A stretch of DNA of 64,000 nucleotides from Spirochaetia bacterium (lineage in GTDB: Bacteria; Spirochaetota; Spirochaetia; SZUA-6; Bin103). A program made the position numbers and the translations under genes. How positions within the stretch are numbered: the first letter of the stretch is position 1; each line of letters begins with the position of its first letter. This document shows, piece by piece, positions 29,223-39,343 of this stretch. The notes beneath the pieces are model-generated. The model searched no databases, had not been told where the DNA came from, and saw only the letters and a list, made by a program, of their open reading frames with translations. Location of the stretch: positions 864,001 to 928,000 of the forward strand of contig OZ241863.1 in NCBI GenBank assembly GCA_965203055.1. Reading direction: 5' to 3'.

Positions 29223-30011
29223 CTACACGCGGCCGGGAAAGGAGCGCCCGCGTACCTGCTTGAACGGCGGCATCCGGGGAGCGTCGGTCACCGTCTCGTC
29301 CTTCCAGGAGCCGGCGCGCATGTAGTGCACGGCGTAGGCGCGGCGGCGCTGCGCCGAGGTGTTGGGGCTGCTGGTGTGCAGCGTCAGGCTGTGATGGAAG
29401 CTGATGCTGCCGGCGCGCACCGGCACCGGCACCGCCGGCCAGGCCGCGGTCTCCAGGTCGGGGATGAAGTGGGCGAGGCGCGCCCGGTCGAGCATGCCCC
29501 AGCGGTGGGTGCCGGGCACGAAGCGCAGGCAGCCGTTGTCGAGGGTGGCGTCGTCGATCGCCGCCCAGGCGGTGACCAGATCCATCGGGAAGATGTCGCG
29601 CCAGGAGGCGGAGTCCTGATGCCAGGGCTGCGCCGAGCCGGTGACCGGCGACTTCATGAAGAGCTGGTCGCCGTACATCTTGAGGTCGTCGGTGCCGAGC
29701 AGGTCGGCGACGATGTCGACCACCGCGGGGTTGGTGACGTGGGCCCACAGCAGATCGTCGTACACCGCCATGTTGAACAGCTTGCGGGTGGCCAGCACGC
29801 GGTCGGCCACCGCGGCGCCGTCCCGGAACACCGGTTCGAGCTGCAGGCTGGAGGCGGGAATGTGCGGCGCCTTGCCGGCGGCGATCAGGTCGGCGTGTTC
29901 GCCGAGCGCGTTCACTTCGGAGGCGGTGAGCACGTCTTCGACCTTGAGGAATCCGTCGAGCTGGAATCCTTCCACCGCGGCGGGGGACAGCGCCCGTAGC
30001 TTCTGCTTCAT
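29223..30011 (-). CDS. Phytanoyl-CoA dioxygenase (PhyH) family Fe/2OG dioxygenase
   Basis: 'WHQD', 'NGCLRFVPGTH', 'HSLTLHTS..N...RR'. Confidence 0.92.
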   Translation of the reverse strand: MKQKLRALSPAAVEGFQLDGFLKVEDVLTASEVNALGEHADLIAAGKAPHIPASSLQLEPVFRDGAAVADRVLATRKLFNMAVYDDLLWAHVTNPAVVDIVADLLGTDDLKMYGDQLFMKSPVTGSAQPWHQDSASWRDIFPMDLVTAWAAIDDATLDNGCLRFVPGTHRWGMLDRARLAHFIPDLETAAWPAVPVPVRAGSISFHHSLTLHTSSPNTSAQRRRAYAVHYMRAGSWKDETVTDAPRMPPFKQVRGRSFPGRV

Positions 30012-30074
30012 CGCGGAGCCCAGTCTACCGCAGCTCGTTCCTGCCGTCGACCTGGCCGTTGCGCCGCGCCGCGG

Positions 30075-31055
30075 CTACGCCGCTCCGGCGGGCCAGTGCC
30101 AGCGCATCAGGTCGTCGCTCCAGGCGATGCCGACGCTGGCTTCGCCGTGGTGGGCGCGTTCGCGGCGGCCGCGGCGGGTGGCGCCGTGGAACACCAGCAG
30201 GTAGCGGCCCACCTGCGGCTCGCGGCGCAGGTCCAGGACGTGGCCGGCGGTGATGCGGCCCTGCGCCCACGGCCAATGCCGCTGGCCGAGCGTGTAGAGG
30301 CACTCGTCGTACCAGTGCACCAGGTCGGTGGAGCGCTTGACGCCGATGCCGTTGGCCGGGGAGTGGATCAGCACGTACTCGTCCGCCGCGGCGTCGACCA
30401 GCACGCAGTAGTTCTCTTCGGCATCGGTCTGGGCGTAGGGCGTCCACTGTTCCAGGTCGCGGCTGAAGGAGAGTTGCATGCTCTGCAGCAGCAGCGCGTC
30501 GGGCGGAATCGGGACCCCGCCGAAGCCCAGGCCGTGGGCGCGGCCGAGCAGCACGCCGCCATGTTTGTAGCAGCACCACCAGCGCTGCGCGTCATCCTTG
30601 TCGCGGAACAGGTAGGGATCGAGGGCGCGCCCCGTTTGCCGCGCCGGGATGGCCGGCCCCTTGAGCCGCAGCACGCGCGGTTCCTGCCAAGCGCGCAGGT
30701 CGGGGCTGGTCATGGTCCAGCAGCGCGCGGCCTCGACGTCGGGTTGCGGATAGCTGCTCAGACAGAGTACCCAGCGGCCCTGATGGCGGACGATGCCGCC
30801 CGGCCCGCAGAAGTTGCGCCGGTCATCAGGGTCGGTCACGGCGCGCAGCGGACTCCAGGCGCGCAGGTCGCGGCTCTCGGTCACGCCGACGTGGAAGCGG
30901 TCGCGGCGGTCGGGCTGCGCCCGCACCACCGAGCAGAACAGCCGAAAGATGCCGGCGTGATAGTGGAGCAGGGGATCGCGGTAGGCGGTCTCCCGGTCGC
31001 CGGCCAGGAGAACCGGACCGGGAATCGTCGCCAGGTCGACGCGCGCGGGGCTCAT
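30075..31055 (-). CDS. Five-bladed beta-propeller glycoside-hydrolase-like protein (GH32/43-like clan)
   Basis: 'YRDP', Asp-box-like 'SRDL..W' repeats, 'LDPYL'; true start ATG 31055 overlapping the upstream stop. Confidence 0.7.
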   Translation of the reverse strand: MSPARVDLATIPGPVLLAGDRETAYRDPLLHYHAGIFRLFCSVVRAQPDRRDRFHVGVTESRDLRAWSPLRAVTDPDDRRNFCGPGGIVRHQGRWVLCLSSYPQPDVEAARCWTMTSPDLRAWQEPRVLRLKGPAIPARQTGRALDPYLFRDKDDAQRWWCCYKHGGVLLGRAHGLGFGGVPIPPDALLLQSMQLSFSRDLEQWTPYAQTDAEENYCVLVDAAADEYVLIHSPANGIGVKRSTDLVHWYDECLYTLGQRHWPWAQGRITAGHVLDLRREPQVGRYLLVFHGATRRGRRERAHHGEASVGIAWSDDLMRWHWPAGAA

Positions 31056-32056
31056 TCCGGCCAGTACCAGTTGGCCAGGTCGTCGCTCCACGCCAGTCCC
31101 AGGCTGGCGGCGCCGTGGACGTTGCTGGCCAGCTTGCCCTCCGGCGTGCAGCCGTGGAACACCAGCAGGTACTTGCCGACCGCGGGGACGTGACGCAGGT
31201 CGATCGCCTGGCCGCCGCTGAGCCGCCCCTGCGCCCACGGCCAGCGGCGCTGCCCCAGGGTGTAGATGCCGAGCTGATGCCAGTGCACCAAATCCGGCGA
31301 CAGCTTCACGCCGATGCCGTTGTCGGGGGAGTCGATGAGCACGTAGCCGTCCTCCTCCACCAGCATGCAGTAGCTCTCCTCGCTGTCGGCGCGGGTGAAC
31401 CAGGTCCAGTGCCGCAAGTCGTAGCTGAAGGACAGGTTCAGGCTCTGCAGCAGCAGCGAGCGGCGCGGCAGGTCGCGGCCGCCGAACGCCAGGCCGCGCG
31501 CCGGAGCCACGGTAAAGCCGCCCTGCTTGAAGGCGCACCACCACTTGCCGGGAATGCTGCGGTCGGGAAACAGACAGGGGCAGATGGCGCGGCCCATCTG
31601 CTCCAGCGGCACCTCCGGCCCCTTGAGCAGCATCGGTTCCGGCTCGCTCCAGTGCTCCAGATCGGCGCTGCGCAGCAGCCAGCAGCGCGTCGTCTCCGGG
31701 CCGCCGGAGGGGCTGAACGGCGTGCGGTAGTTCTCTACGGTCATGATCCACTGGTCGCCCAGGCGCACGATGTTGCCGGGATCGGTGAAGTTGAGGTCGT
31801 CGTCCGGCGGAGTGAGGGTGCGCGGCTCGCTCCAGTGGATCAGGTCGCGGCTCTTGATCAGCGCCAGTTGGAACGTCACCCGCCCCTGCTCCGGCGGGTC
31901 GATCAGCCGCGCCAGACCGTAGAACACGCGGAATACGCCGTCGTGATAGTGAATCGCAGGATCGCGGTGCGCCACCTCGGGCGTCCCGCGTATGATGATC
32001 GGGCTCGGGATCTTCTCCCACTCCACGTGCGCCGCCACGAGTTCACTGTAGCGCAA
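31052..32056 (-). CDS. Paralogous beta-propeller glycoside-hydrolase-like protein
   Basis: 'HRDPAI', 'SRDLIHW', 'SADLEHW', 'SPDLVHW', 'WSDDL'. Confidence 0.7.
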   Translation of the reverse strand: MRYSELVAAHVEWEKIPSPIIIRGTPEVAHRDPAIHYHDGVFRVFYGLARLIDPPEQGRVTFQLALIKSRDLIHWSEPRTLTPPDDDLNFTDPGNIVRLGDQWIMTVENYRTPFSPSGGPETTRCWLLRSADLEHWSEPEPMLLKGPEVPLEQMGRAICPCLFPDRSIPGKWWCAFKQGGFTVAPARGLAFGGRDLPRRSLLLQSLNLSFSYDLRHWTWFTRADSEESYCMLVEEDGYVLIDSPDNGIGVKLSPDLVHWHQLGIYTLGQRRWPWAQGRLSGGQAIDLRHVPAVGKYLLVFHGCTPEGKLASNVHGAASLGLAWSDDLANWYWPE

Positions 32057-32216
32057 GTCCGCCGCAACGCAACCGGCGCGCGCGGCGGCGCGCGGCGGCG
32101 CGGGCGCGGCGCTCGGCTCGCCGCCGGCAACGCGCGGTCAAGGTTGCGCCCGGCTGCGCCGGGCGCGCGATGGCAGGCGCGCGGGGGGTGGCCTATACTG
32201 CCGGCGAGGTATTCAA

Positions 32217-33227
32217 GTGAGCGCAAAGCGGAAGGTAATTCTCGATCCCGCGTTTCGCCGGATCGAAGAGGTGTTCCACCCTGACGATCTGGAGCACCTG
32301 CACCGGATCGCGGAGGTGGTGTGGGGCCGCAACGAACCGATGCCGGCGGCGGAGTTCGCGGCCGCCAGGGAGGATGCGTTCGCCATCGTCACCGGCCGCT
32401 GGCGCCACGGCGACGTGGCGGAGATGCCCCGGCTGCAGGCGATCCTGGAGCTGGGCGGCCGCCACCCCAGTCCGCAGGCGCTCGACTACCACGCCTGCTT
32501 CGCGCGCAACATCCGCGTGCTCAGCGTCGCGCCGGCGTTCGGACCGATGGTGGCCGAGATGGCGTTGGCCATGGCCCTGGCCGCGGCGCGCGACGTGGTG
32601 GCCGGTTCGGCCGCGTTCCGCGACGGCTCCGAGCGCTATCAGCACCGCGGCAACGAGCACACCTTCACCCTGTACGACGAGAGCGTGGGCCTGATCGGCT
32701 GCGGCAGCCTGGCGCGCAATCTCATGCCGCTGCTGGCCCCCTTCCGCTGCCGCCTGCTGGGCTACGACCCGTGGTTGTCGGAGCGCTACCTCGCGCGGAT
32801 GGGCGTGCGGCCGGTAGCGCTGGAGACGCTGCTCGAACAGGCCCGGGTGATCTTCGTGCTGGCCATTCCCTCCAACGAGAACCGCGCCCTGCTCGACCGT
32901 TCCCGTCTGGAGCTGATCCGGCGCGGCGCGGTGCTGGCGCTGATGAGCCGCGCCCATGTGGTCGACTTCGACGCGCTGACCGATTTGCTCTACGCCGGCC
33001 GCTTCAAGGCGGCCATCGACGTGTTTCCCAAGGAGCCGGTGCCGGCGGACCACCCCATCCGCCATGCTCCGGGGGTGGTGTTGGCCGCCCACCGCGCGGG
33101 CACGGTACCGGAAGACATGCGGGAGCTGGGCCGCATCGCGGTGAACGATCTGGAGGCGCTGCTGCAGGGGCTGCCGCCGCGCGAGATGCAGCCGGCCGAT
33201 CCCGCCATCGTGTTCCGCCTGCCGTAA
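32217..33227 (+). CDS. D-2-hydroxyacid dehydrogenase family NAD(P)-dependent oxidoreductase
   Basis: 'VAEMAL', 'GLIGCGSLAR', 'YDPW', 'SRAHVVD', 'IDVFPKEP', 'AHRAG'. Confidence 0.9.
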   Translation: MSAKRKVILDPAFRRIEEVFHPDDLEHLHRIAEVVWGRNEPMPAAEFAAAREDAFAIVTGRWRHGDVAEMPRLQAILELGGRHPSPQALDYHACFARNIRVLSVAPAFGPMVAEMALAMALAAARDVVAGSAAFRDGSERYQHRGNEHTFTLYDESVGLIGCGSLARNLMPLLAPFRCRLLGYDPWLSERYLARMGVRPVALETLLEQARVIFVLAIPSNENRALLDRSRLELIRRGAVLALMSRAHVVDFDALTDLLYAGRFKAAIDVFPKEPVPADHPIRHAPGVVLAAHRAGTVPEDMRELGRIAVNDLEALLQGLPPREMQPADPAIVFRLP

Positions 33228-33263
33228 CCGGCGGGGCCGGCCACAGCGGGCCGCCGGCGGCGC

Positions 33264-35957
33264 TTACTTGGCGGCGGCGCGGCGCCGGGGCGAGGCCGGC
33301 CGCCGGGCGGCGGCAGGGCGGTTGGCCGCGGACCGCCGCTTCGGCGCCGGGCCGCGCTCGCGCCGCAGCAGCAGCAACTCCGCGGCCCGCTCCGCGGTAA
33401 TCCGCTCCACCGTGTCGCCGGTCCGCAGGGAGGCGTTGGTCTCGCCGTCGGTGACGTAGGGACCCCAGCGGCCCTCCTTGAGCAGCATCGGCTTGCCGCT
33501 GGTCGGATCCGGACCCAACTCGCGCAACGGGGGCTTGGCGGCCTGGCTGCGCCGCCGCTTGGGCTGGGCGAAGATCCGCGCGCTCTGTTCCAGGGTAATG
33601 GTGAACACCAGCTCCTCCGAATCCAGCGTGCGGTTGTCGGCGCCCTTCTTGAGGTAGGGACCGTAGCGCCCGTAGTGCGCGGTGATCGGCTTGCCGTCGG
33701 CCGGATCGTTGCCGATCAGGCGCGGCAGCGCCAGCAGCTTGAGCGCCTCGTCCAGGGTCACCGAATCGCTGCTCATTCCGGCGAACAGCGAGGCCGTCCG
33801 GGGCTTCTCCTTGCCGCCGGCGCCGCCCTCGCCGGCCTGCACGTAGGGGCCGAACCGCCCGGCGCGGACGATCACCGGCAGGCCGGTGGCCGGCTCCTCG
33901 CCCAGTACGCGGTCGTCGTTCGGCGCCTGGATCAGCTCCAGCGCGCGTTCGACGGTCAACTCGTCCGGGGCAATCTCGTCGGGCACGCTGGCGCGCTGCC
34001 CGCCGCGCTCCAGGTAGGTGCCGTAGCGCCCCACCCGCACCACGACGCCGGCCCCGTCGGCGTCGCTGCCGATGGCCACCGAGTTGACGGCGCGCGCGTC
34101 GATGTCGCCGAGCCGGTCTCCCACCATCGCCTTCAGGCCGCCGTCGGCGTCGCTGTCTTCGGCGCCGGCGCCGAAGTAGAAGCGCTGCAGCCAGGGCAGC
34201 ACCTGCTCGTCGCCGGTGGCGATGTTGTCGAGGTCATCTTCCATGCGGGCGGTAAAGGCGTAGTCGACCAGATCTGGGAAATGCTGCTCCAACAGGCTCG
34301 TGACCGAGAACGCGGTAAAGGTGGGTACCAGGGCCGTTCCCTTCTTCCAGACGTAGCCGCGCTGCTGGATGGTGGTCATGATCGCGGCGTAGGTGGAGGG
34401 GCGGCCGACGCCCAGGGCTTCCAGCCGCCTGACCAGCGAGGCCTCGGTAAAGCGCGCCGGGGGCAGGGTAGCGTGGCCGGCCGGCTCCAACCCGGCGGCA
34501 TGCAGGTCGTCGCCGGCCGCCAGCGCCGGCAGGCGGCGCTCCTCATCCCCGGCGGGGTTTGCGCCGCCGCGCTCCTCGTCGGTCCCTTCCGAATACACCC
34601 GGCGGAATCCATAGTGCGAGATGGTGGTGCCGGCGGCGGCGAATTCGACCTCGCGCCCATCGGCAGCTTCGCCGCCGATCCGCAGATGCACGGTGCTGCC
34701 GACCGCATCGGTCATCTGCGAGGCCACGGTTCGCTTCCACACCAGTTCGTACAGCGCCGCTTCGCGGCTCGGCAGGGCGCCGCGTACCTGTTCGGGCGCG
34801 CGAAAGCTGTCCCCGGCGGGCCGGATCGCCTCATGAGCTTCCTGGGCGTTCTTGACCTTCCCGGTGTAGCGGCGCGGCTTTGGCGGCAGGTAGCTGCCGC
34901 CGAAACGCTCCCGGACGATCGCGCGGGCGGCGCGGTGGGCGGTGTCCGACAGGGTAGTGCTGTCGGTCCGCATGTAGGTGATGTAGCCCTTCTCGTACAG
35001 CGACTGCGCGGTGCGCATCGCCGCCGTCGCGGACATGCGCAACTTGCGCCCCGCCTCCTGCTGCAGGGTGGAGGTGATGAACGGGGCCGCGGGGCGGCGC
35101 CGGTAGGGCTTCTCGTCCACCGCGCGCACCGCGAACCGGCTTTCCGCCAGGCCGGCGGCGAGGGCGCGCGCGGCGCGCTCGTCGAGGCGTATGGTGTCTT
35201 TCCGCTTCAGCCGCCCGCCGCGGTCGAAGCTGGCCCCGGTGGCGACGGCGCGGCCGTCCACCTCGACCAGCGCCGCGCTGAAGTCGCGGGGATCGCCGGC
35301 CGCGACCTCGCCGGGAACGCTGAAGGTGGCCGTCAGACTCCAGTACTCGGCGGCCACGAACGCGATGCGCTCGCGCTCCCGTTCGACGACGATGCGCGTG
35401 GCGACGCTCTGCACGCGCCCCGCGGACAGGCGCGGCTGCACCTTCTTCCACAGCACCGGCGAGACCTCGTAGCCGTACAGCCGGTCGAGAATGCGGCGCG
35501 CCTCCTGGGAGTCGACCAGCCGGCGGTCGATGGCGCGCGGCTGCTCGATCGCCGCCCGGATGGCCGGCGCGGTGATCTCGTGGAACACCATGCGCCTGAC
35601 GGCGACCCGCTTGGCCGGCTTCAGCACCTGCTGCAGATGCCAGGCAATCGCCTCCCCCTCGCGGTCCTCGTCCGTCGCCAGGTAGAGCACCTCCGCCTTG
35701 GCCAGCAGCGCCTTGAGCTTGCGGATCTGCGGCCGCTTGTCGGGCGGTATCACGTAGAGCGGTTTGAAGCCGCCATCCACGTCGATGCCGAGCCGGGCCC
35801 AGGACTGGTCCTTGTACGCCTTGGGGACGTCCGCGGCGTTCTGCGGCAGGTCGCGGACGTGGCCGATCGAGGACTCGACGACGAAGTTGGAGTCGAGATA
35901 GCCGGCGATGGTGTTCGCCTTGGCAGGCGATTCTACGATGACTAGTGCCGCTGACAC
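33264..35957 (-). CDS. topA: DNA topoisomerase I (type IA, C-terminal Topo_C repeats, no Zn ribbons)
   Basis: 'IVESPAKA', 'ATDEDREGE', 'SAGRVQS', 'ITYMRTDS', 'GRPSTY', repeated 'GR(Y/F/W)GPY'. Confidence 0.97.
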   Translation of the reverse strand: MSAALVIVESPAKANTIAGYLDSNFVVESSIGHVRDLPQNAADVPKAYKDQSWARLGIDVDGGFKPLYVIPPDKRPQIRKLKALLAKAEVLYLATDEDREGEAIAWHLQQVLKPAKRVAVRRMVFHEITAPAIRAAIEQPRAIDRRLVDSQEARRILDRLYGYEVSPVLWKKVQPRLSAGRVQSVATRIVVERERERIAFVAAEYWSLTATFSVPGEVAAGDPRDFSAALVEVDGRAVATGASFDRGGRLKRKDTIRLDERAARALAAGLAESRFAVRAVDEKPYRRRPAAPFITSTLQQEAGRKLRMSATAAMRTAQSLYEKGYITYMRTDSTTLSDTAHRAARAIVRERFGGSYLPPKPRRYTGKVKNAQEAHEAIRPAGDSFRAPEQVRGALPSREAALYELVWKRTVASQMTDAVGSTVHLRIGGEAADGREVEFAAAGTTISHYGFRRVYSEGTDEERGGANPAGDEERRLPALAAGDDLHAAGLEPAGHATLPPARFTEASLVRRLEALGVGRPSTYAAIMTTIQQRGYVWKKGTALVPTFTAFSVTSLLEQHFPDLVDYAFTARMEDDLDNIATGDEQVLPWLQRFYFGAGAEDSDADGGLKAMVGDRLGDIDARAVNSVAIGSDADGAGVVVRVGRYGTYLERGGQRASVPDEIAPDELTVERALELIQAPNDDRVLGEEPATGLPVIVRAGRFGPYVQAGEGGAGGKEKPRTASLFAGMSSDSVTLDEALKLLALPRLIGNDPADGKPITAHYGRYGPYLKKGADNRTLDSEELVFTITLEQSARIFAQPKRRRSQAAKPPLRELGPDPTSGKPMLLKEGRWGPYVTDGETNASLRTGDTVERITAERAAELLLLRRERGPAPKRRSAANRPAAARRPASPRRRAAAK

Positions 35958-36048
35958 GCGCAGAAAATACGACCGGCGCGGCACCGCGTGTCAATACGCC
36001 CCGCCGAACCGCGACGAACCGCGCGTCAGGCTTGGGGTCCGCGGCCGC

Positions 36049-38088
36049 TCAGGAGCCGTTCGCGGTCTGCTTGACGATGGCAAGGATCCGGTCGCCGTAG
36101 CGCTGCACCTTCGCCGGGCCGATGCCGTGGGCCAGTTCCAGGGCCGCCGGCGAATCGGGCCGGAGCAGCGCGATGTCGCGCAGGGAGCGGTCGCTGGCGA
36201 TGACGTAGGGGGGCACCTGCTGGCGGCGGGCCTCGGCGAGACGAAATGCGCGCAGCGCCTCGAACAGCGCGCGCCCGCCTGCGTCCAGCTCCTCGCGGCC
36301 GCCGCCGCGGGCGGCCTCCGGCCCCGCGCCGGCGGCGCGTTGCGCCGCGCCGGCGGGCGGCGCAACGCGGCGGGCGCGGGCCGGCAGCAGCAGGCGCACC
36401 GGCCGCCGGGCATAGATCACCTCCCGCCCTTCCGCGGTAACCACCGCCAACGGGCGGTCGCCGCCGATGAAGTCGACCCATCCGGCGGTGACGCAGCGCC
36501 GCAGCAGGCGCAGCAGCCACTCTTCCGGAAAGTCGGCCAGGGTACCGAACGTCGGGGTGCGCTCCAGGCCGGCGCGCTGCAGGCGCGCATCCGCCGCCCC
36601 CTTGAGCAGCTTGACCGCCGCCGCCAGCCCGAAGCGGGCATGGACCCGCGCGACGCCGCACAGCGCCTTGCGCACTACCGTGGTGGTGTGCTCCTCGTCG
36701 TGCTGCGGCTCCTCGGCCAATTGGACGCACACGTCGCACCGCCCGCAGCCGGCCAGCGTCTCCTCTTCGTCGCCGAAGTAGCGCAGAATGGCGTCGTGCC
36801 GGCAGCCGCCGCCCTCGGCCCAGCGCATCAGCTCCAGAAACAGATTCCACTTGTGGCGCGCCAGCTCCGGCTCGGGCGCCGCGCCGTTCACGTCGCTGTC
36901 GATGAGGTGCCGGCGCAACGCCATGTCGCCCGGTGAGATGAGCAGCAGACACACCGCCGGCTGCCCGTCGCGCCCGGCGCGGCCCGCCTCCTGGTAGTAG
37001 GCCTCCAGCGAGGCGGGCGGCGCCAGATGCGCCACGCAGCGCACGTCCGCCCGGTCGATGCCCATGCCGAAGGCGTTGGTCGCCACCACCACCTGCAGCG
37101 CGCCTTCCATGAACGCGCGCTGCACCCGGTCGCGCTGCGCGCCGTCCAGACCGGCGTGATAGGGCTGCACCGCCCAGCGCCCGGCGGCGAGGCGCTCCGC
37201 CTCGGCTTCGGCCGCGCGCCGCGTGGGCGCGTACACGATGGCGCTGCCGCCGCGTTGGCCGGGGCCGCCGAGGGTTTCCGCGAGCACGGCGTCGAGCTGG
37301 CGCTCGCGTTCCCGCTTGCTCTGCACCTCCACCGCCCGCAGCGCCAGGTTGGGGCGGGCGAAGCCGTGGATGAGCTGCGGCGTATCGGCCGGCAGTCCGA
37401 GGCGTTCCAGGATCTCGTCGCGTACCACCGGCGTGGCGGTCGCGGTGCAGGCCAGCACCCGGGCTCCGGGCAGAAGCTGCAGCAGCTCGCCGAGCTGCAG
37501 GTAGTCGGGACGAAAGTCGTGGCCCCAGGCGCTGATGCAGTGCGCCTCGTCGATCGCCACCAGCGGGCACGCGATCCGCGTCAGGGCGGCCCGCAGCCAG
37601 TTGTTGGCCAGCCGTTCCGGCGCGACGTAGACCAGCTTGTAGGCGCCGCCGGCCAGGGCGGCGACGCGCCGCCGCACCTCTTCGTGCGGCAGGGTGCCGG
37701 CCAGGTAGGTGGCGGCCACGCCGCGCCGGTCGAGCGCCGCCACCTGATCGTGCATCAGGGCGATCAGCGGCGAGATTACCACCGTGGTGCCGGGCAGCAG
37801 CACGGCCGGAAGCTGGTAGGTCAGGCTCTTGCCGCCGCCGGTGGGAGCCACCAGCAGCAGCCGCCGCGCCCGCAGCAGGGTGTCGATCGCTTCGCGCTGG
37901 CCGGCGCGGAAGGCGCTGAGCCCGAGCCGGCGCAAGCCTTCGCCCAGGTCGCCCCCGGAACGTTGCGCGCCGCCGGCTGCGGCGCCGGAGCGGGCCGCGG
38001 GCGGAGCAGCGGCCGCGCGCGCGCCGCCGGAACGAGGGCCGGCGGCCGCCGTTGCCGCGGGCCGGGCTGCGAACAGATTTCCTTGCAT
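36049..38088 (-). CDS. recQ: RecQ-family helicase with RQC and HRDC domains
   Basis: 'PTGGGKS', 'DEAHCISAWGHDFRPDY', 'AFGMGID', 'QEAGRAGRDG', 'CGRCDVC', HRDC 'VPPYVI'. Confidence 0.95.
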   Translation of the reverse strand: MQGNLFAARPAATAAAGPRSGGARAAAAPPAARSGAAAGGAQRSGGDLGEGLRRLGLSAFRAGQREAIDTLLRARRLLLVAPTGGGKSLTYQLPAVLLPGTTVVISPLIALMHDQVAALDRRGVAATYLAGTLPHEEVRRRVAALAGGAYKLVYVAPERLANNWLRAALTRIACPLVAIDEAHCISAWGHDFRPDYLQLGELLQLLPGARVLACTATATPVVRDEILERLGLPADTPQLIHGFARPNLALRAVEVQSKRERERQLDAVLAETLGGPGQRGGSAIVYAPTRRAAEAEAERLAAGRWAVQPYHAGLDGAQRDRVQRAFMEGALQVVVATNAFGMGIDRADVRCVAHLAPPASLEAYYQEAGRAGRDGQPAVCLLLISPGDMALRRHLIDSDVNGAAPEPELARHKWNLFLELMRWAEGGGCRHDAILRYFGDEEETLAGCGRCDVCVQLAEEPQHDEEHTTTVVRKALCGVARVHARFGLAAAVKLLKGAADARLQRAGLERTPTFGTLADFPEEWLLRLLRRCVTAGWVDFIGGDRPLAVVTAEGREVIYARRPVRLLLPARARRVAPPAGAAQRAAGAGPEAARGGGREELDAGGRALFEALRAFRLAEARRQQVPPYVIASDRSLRDIALLRPDSPAALELAHGIGPAKVQRYGDRILAIVKQTANGS

Positions 38089-38202
38089 TCAGGCGCCGCC
38101 GATTCGGCGCCAGCATATCATCAGTCGCGCCCCGGCGCCTCTCGCCTGCGCTTGCCGGTGCGCGCCCTCGACGTTCCGCTTGCGCCGCACTACCATGGCG
38201 GC

Positions 38203-39330
38203 ATGGCTCTCAACGTGGGTGTAGTAGGGTACAACGGAATCGGCCAGCGGCATGCCGCCTGCCATCATGAAGATGATCTCGCCGCGCTGGTGGCGGTGTG
38301 CGACGTGGTCGCCGAGCGCGCCGAACCGGCGCGGGAGCGGTATGGCGCCGCGGTCTACGGCAGCGTGCCCGACATGCTGGCGGCGCATCCGGAGCTGGAC
38401 GTGGTCGACGTCTGCACCGGCGGCGACGAGAACGGCGGCTGGCACTTCGAGCCCACCATGCAGGCGCTCGACGCCGGCAAGCACGTGCTGGTCGAAAAAC
38501 CGCTGTCGAACGATCTGGACGAGGCGCGCCAGATGGTGGAGTTCGCGGCGCGCCGCGGCCGCTACCTGGGCTGCAACCTGAACCACCACTTCAGCGAGCC
38601 GGCCGACCGCGCCATGGAGCTGGTGCGTGACGGCAAGATCGGCGAGCAGATCTACTGCCTGATGCGGATGGGGTTTCAGGGCGGCGAGTACACCTACTCC
38701 GGTCCGGACGCCAAGGCCAACGGACGCGGCTTTCCCTACTTCCACGTCAAGGCGTTCCTGTCGCACCCGTTCGCCATCATGCGCCACTTCTGCGGCGACG
38801 TCACCCACGTGCAGGCGTTCATGAACCGCCCCGCGTTTCGGCGCGCCGCCGGTGATCCCATGGTCTCGCTGAACAGCATTCACGTGCGCTTCGCCTCCGA
38901 CGCCGTGGGCTACCTGTTCAGCCAGCGCGGCGACGCGCGCTTCGGCTACGGCGGCTGGTGGAGCTTCGAGCTGGGCGGTACCCGCGGCACGTTCGCCATC
39001 GAGAACTGCGTGGAGAAGCTGATCCACTACCCGGCGCCCGGCGCCGAGGGCGCCGCCGATCCCGCCGCCATCAACCTGGGAAGCGCGCCCGAGCCGACCG
39101 TGCTGAACACCGGCATCACCGACTTCGGCGCCACCTTCCCGCGCCGCATCCACGCGTTTCTGGAGGACGTCACGAATGGGGTGCCGGCCAGCGAGTTGCG
39201 CGCCTCCGGGCGCGACGCGCTCGCCACCCTGGAGTACACCTTCGCCGCCATCGAATCATACGAGCTGGGCGGCGAACTGGTGCGCCCGCAGTCGCTGCCG
39301 TCCGCCTCCCGCGATCCCCGGTTGCAGTAG
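38203..39330 (+). CDS. Gfo/Idh/MocA family oxidoreductase
   Basis: 'VGVVGYNGIG', 'GKHVLVEKP'. Confidence 0.92.
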   Translation: MALNVGVVGYNGIGQRHAACHHEDDLAALVAVCDVVAERAEPARERYGAAVYGSVPDMLAAHPELDVVDVCTGGDENGGWHFEPTMQALDAGKHVLVEKPLSNDLDEARQMVEFAARRGRYLGCNLNHHFSEPADRAMELVRDGKIGEQIYCLMRMGFQGGEYTYSGPDAKANGRGFPYFHVKAFLSHPFAIMRHFCGDVTHVQAFMNRPAFRRAAGDPMVSLNSIHVRFASDAVGYLFSQRGDARFGYGGWWSFELGGTRGTFAIENCVEKLIHYPAPGAEGAADPAAINLGSAPEPTVLNTGITDFGATFPRRIHAFLEDVTNGVPASELRASGRDALATLEYTFAAIESYELGGELVRPQSLPSASRDPRLQ

Positions 39331-39343
39331 CGCGGCGCCCCGG

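Noticed and set aside
30075..32021. 648-aa fused ORF
   Set aside because: The upstream half is an alternate frame of the 31052-32056 gene; the real gene starts at 31055.
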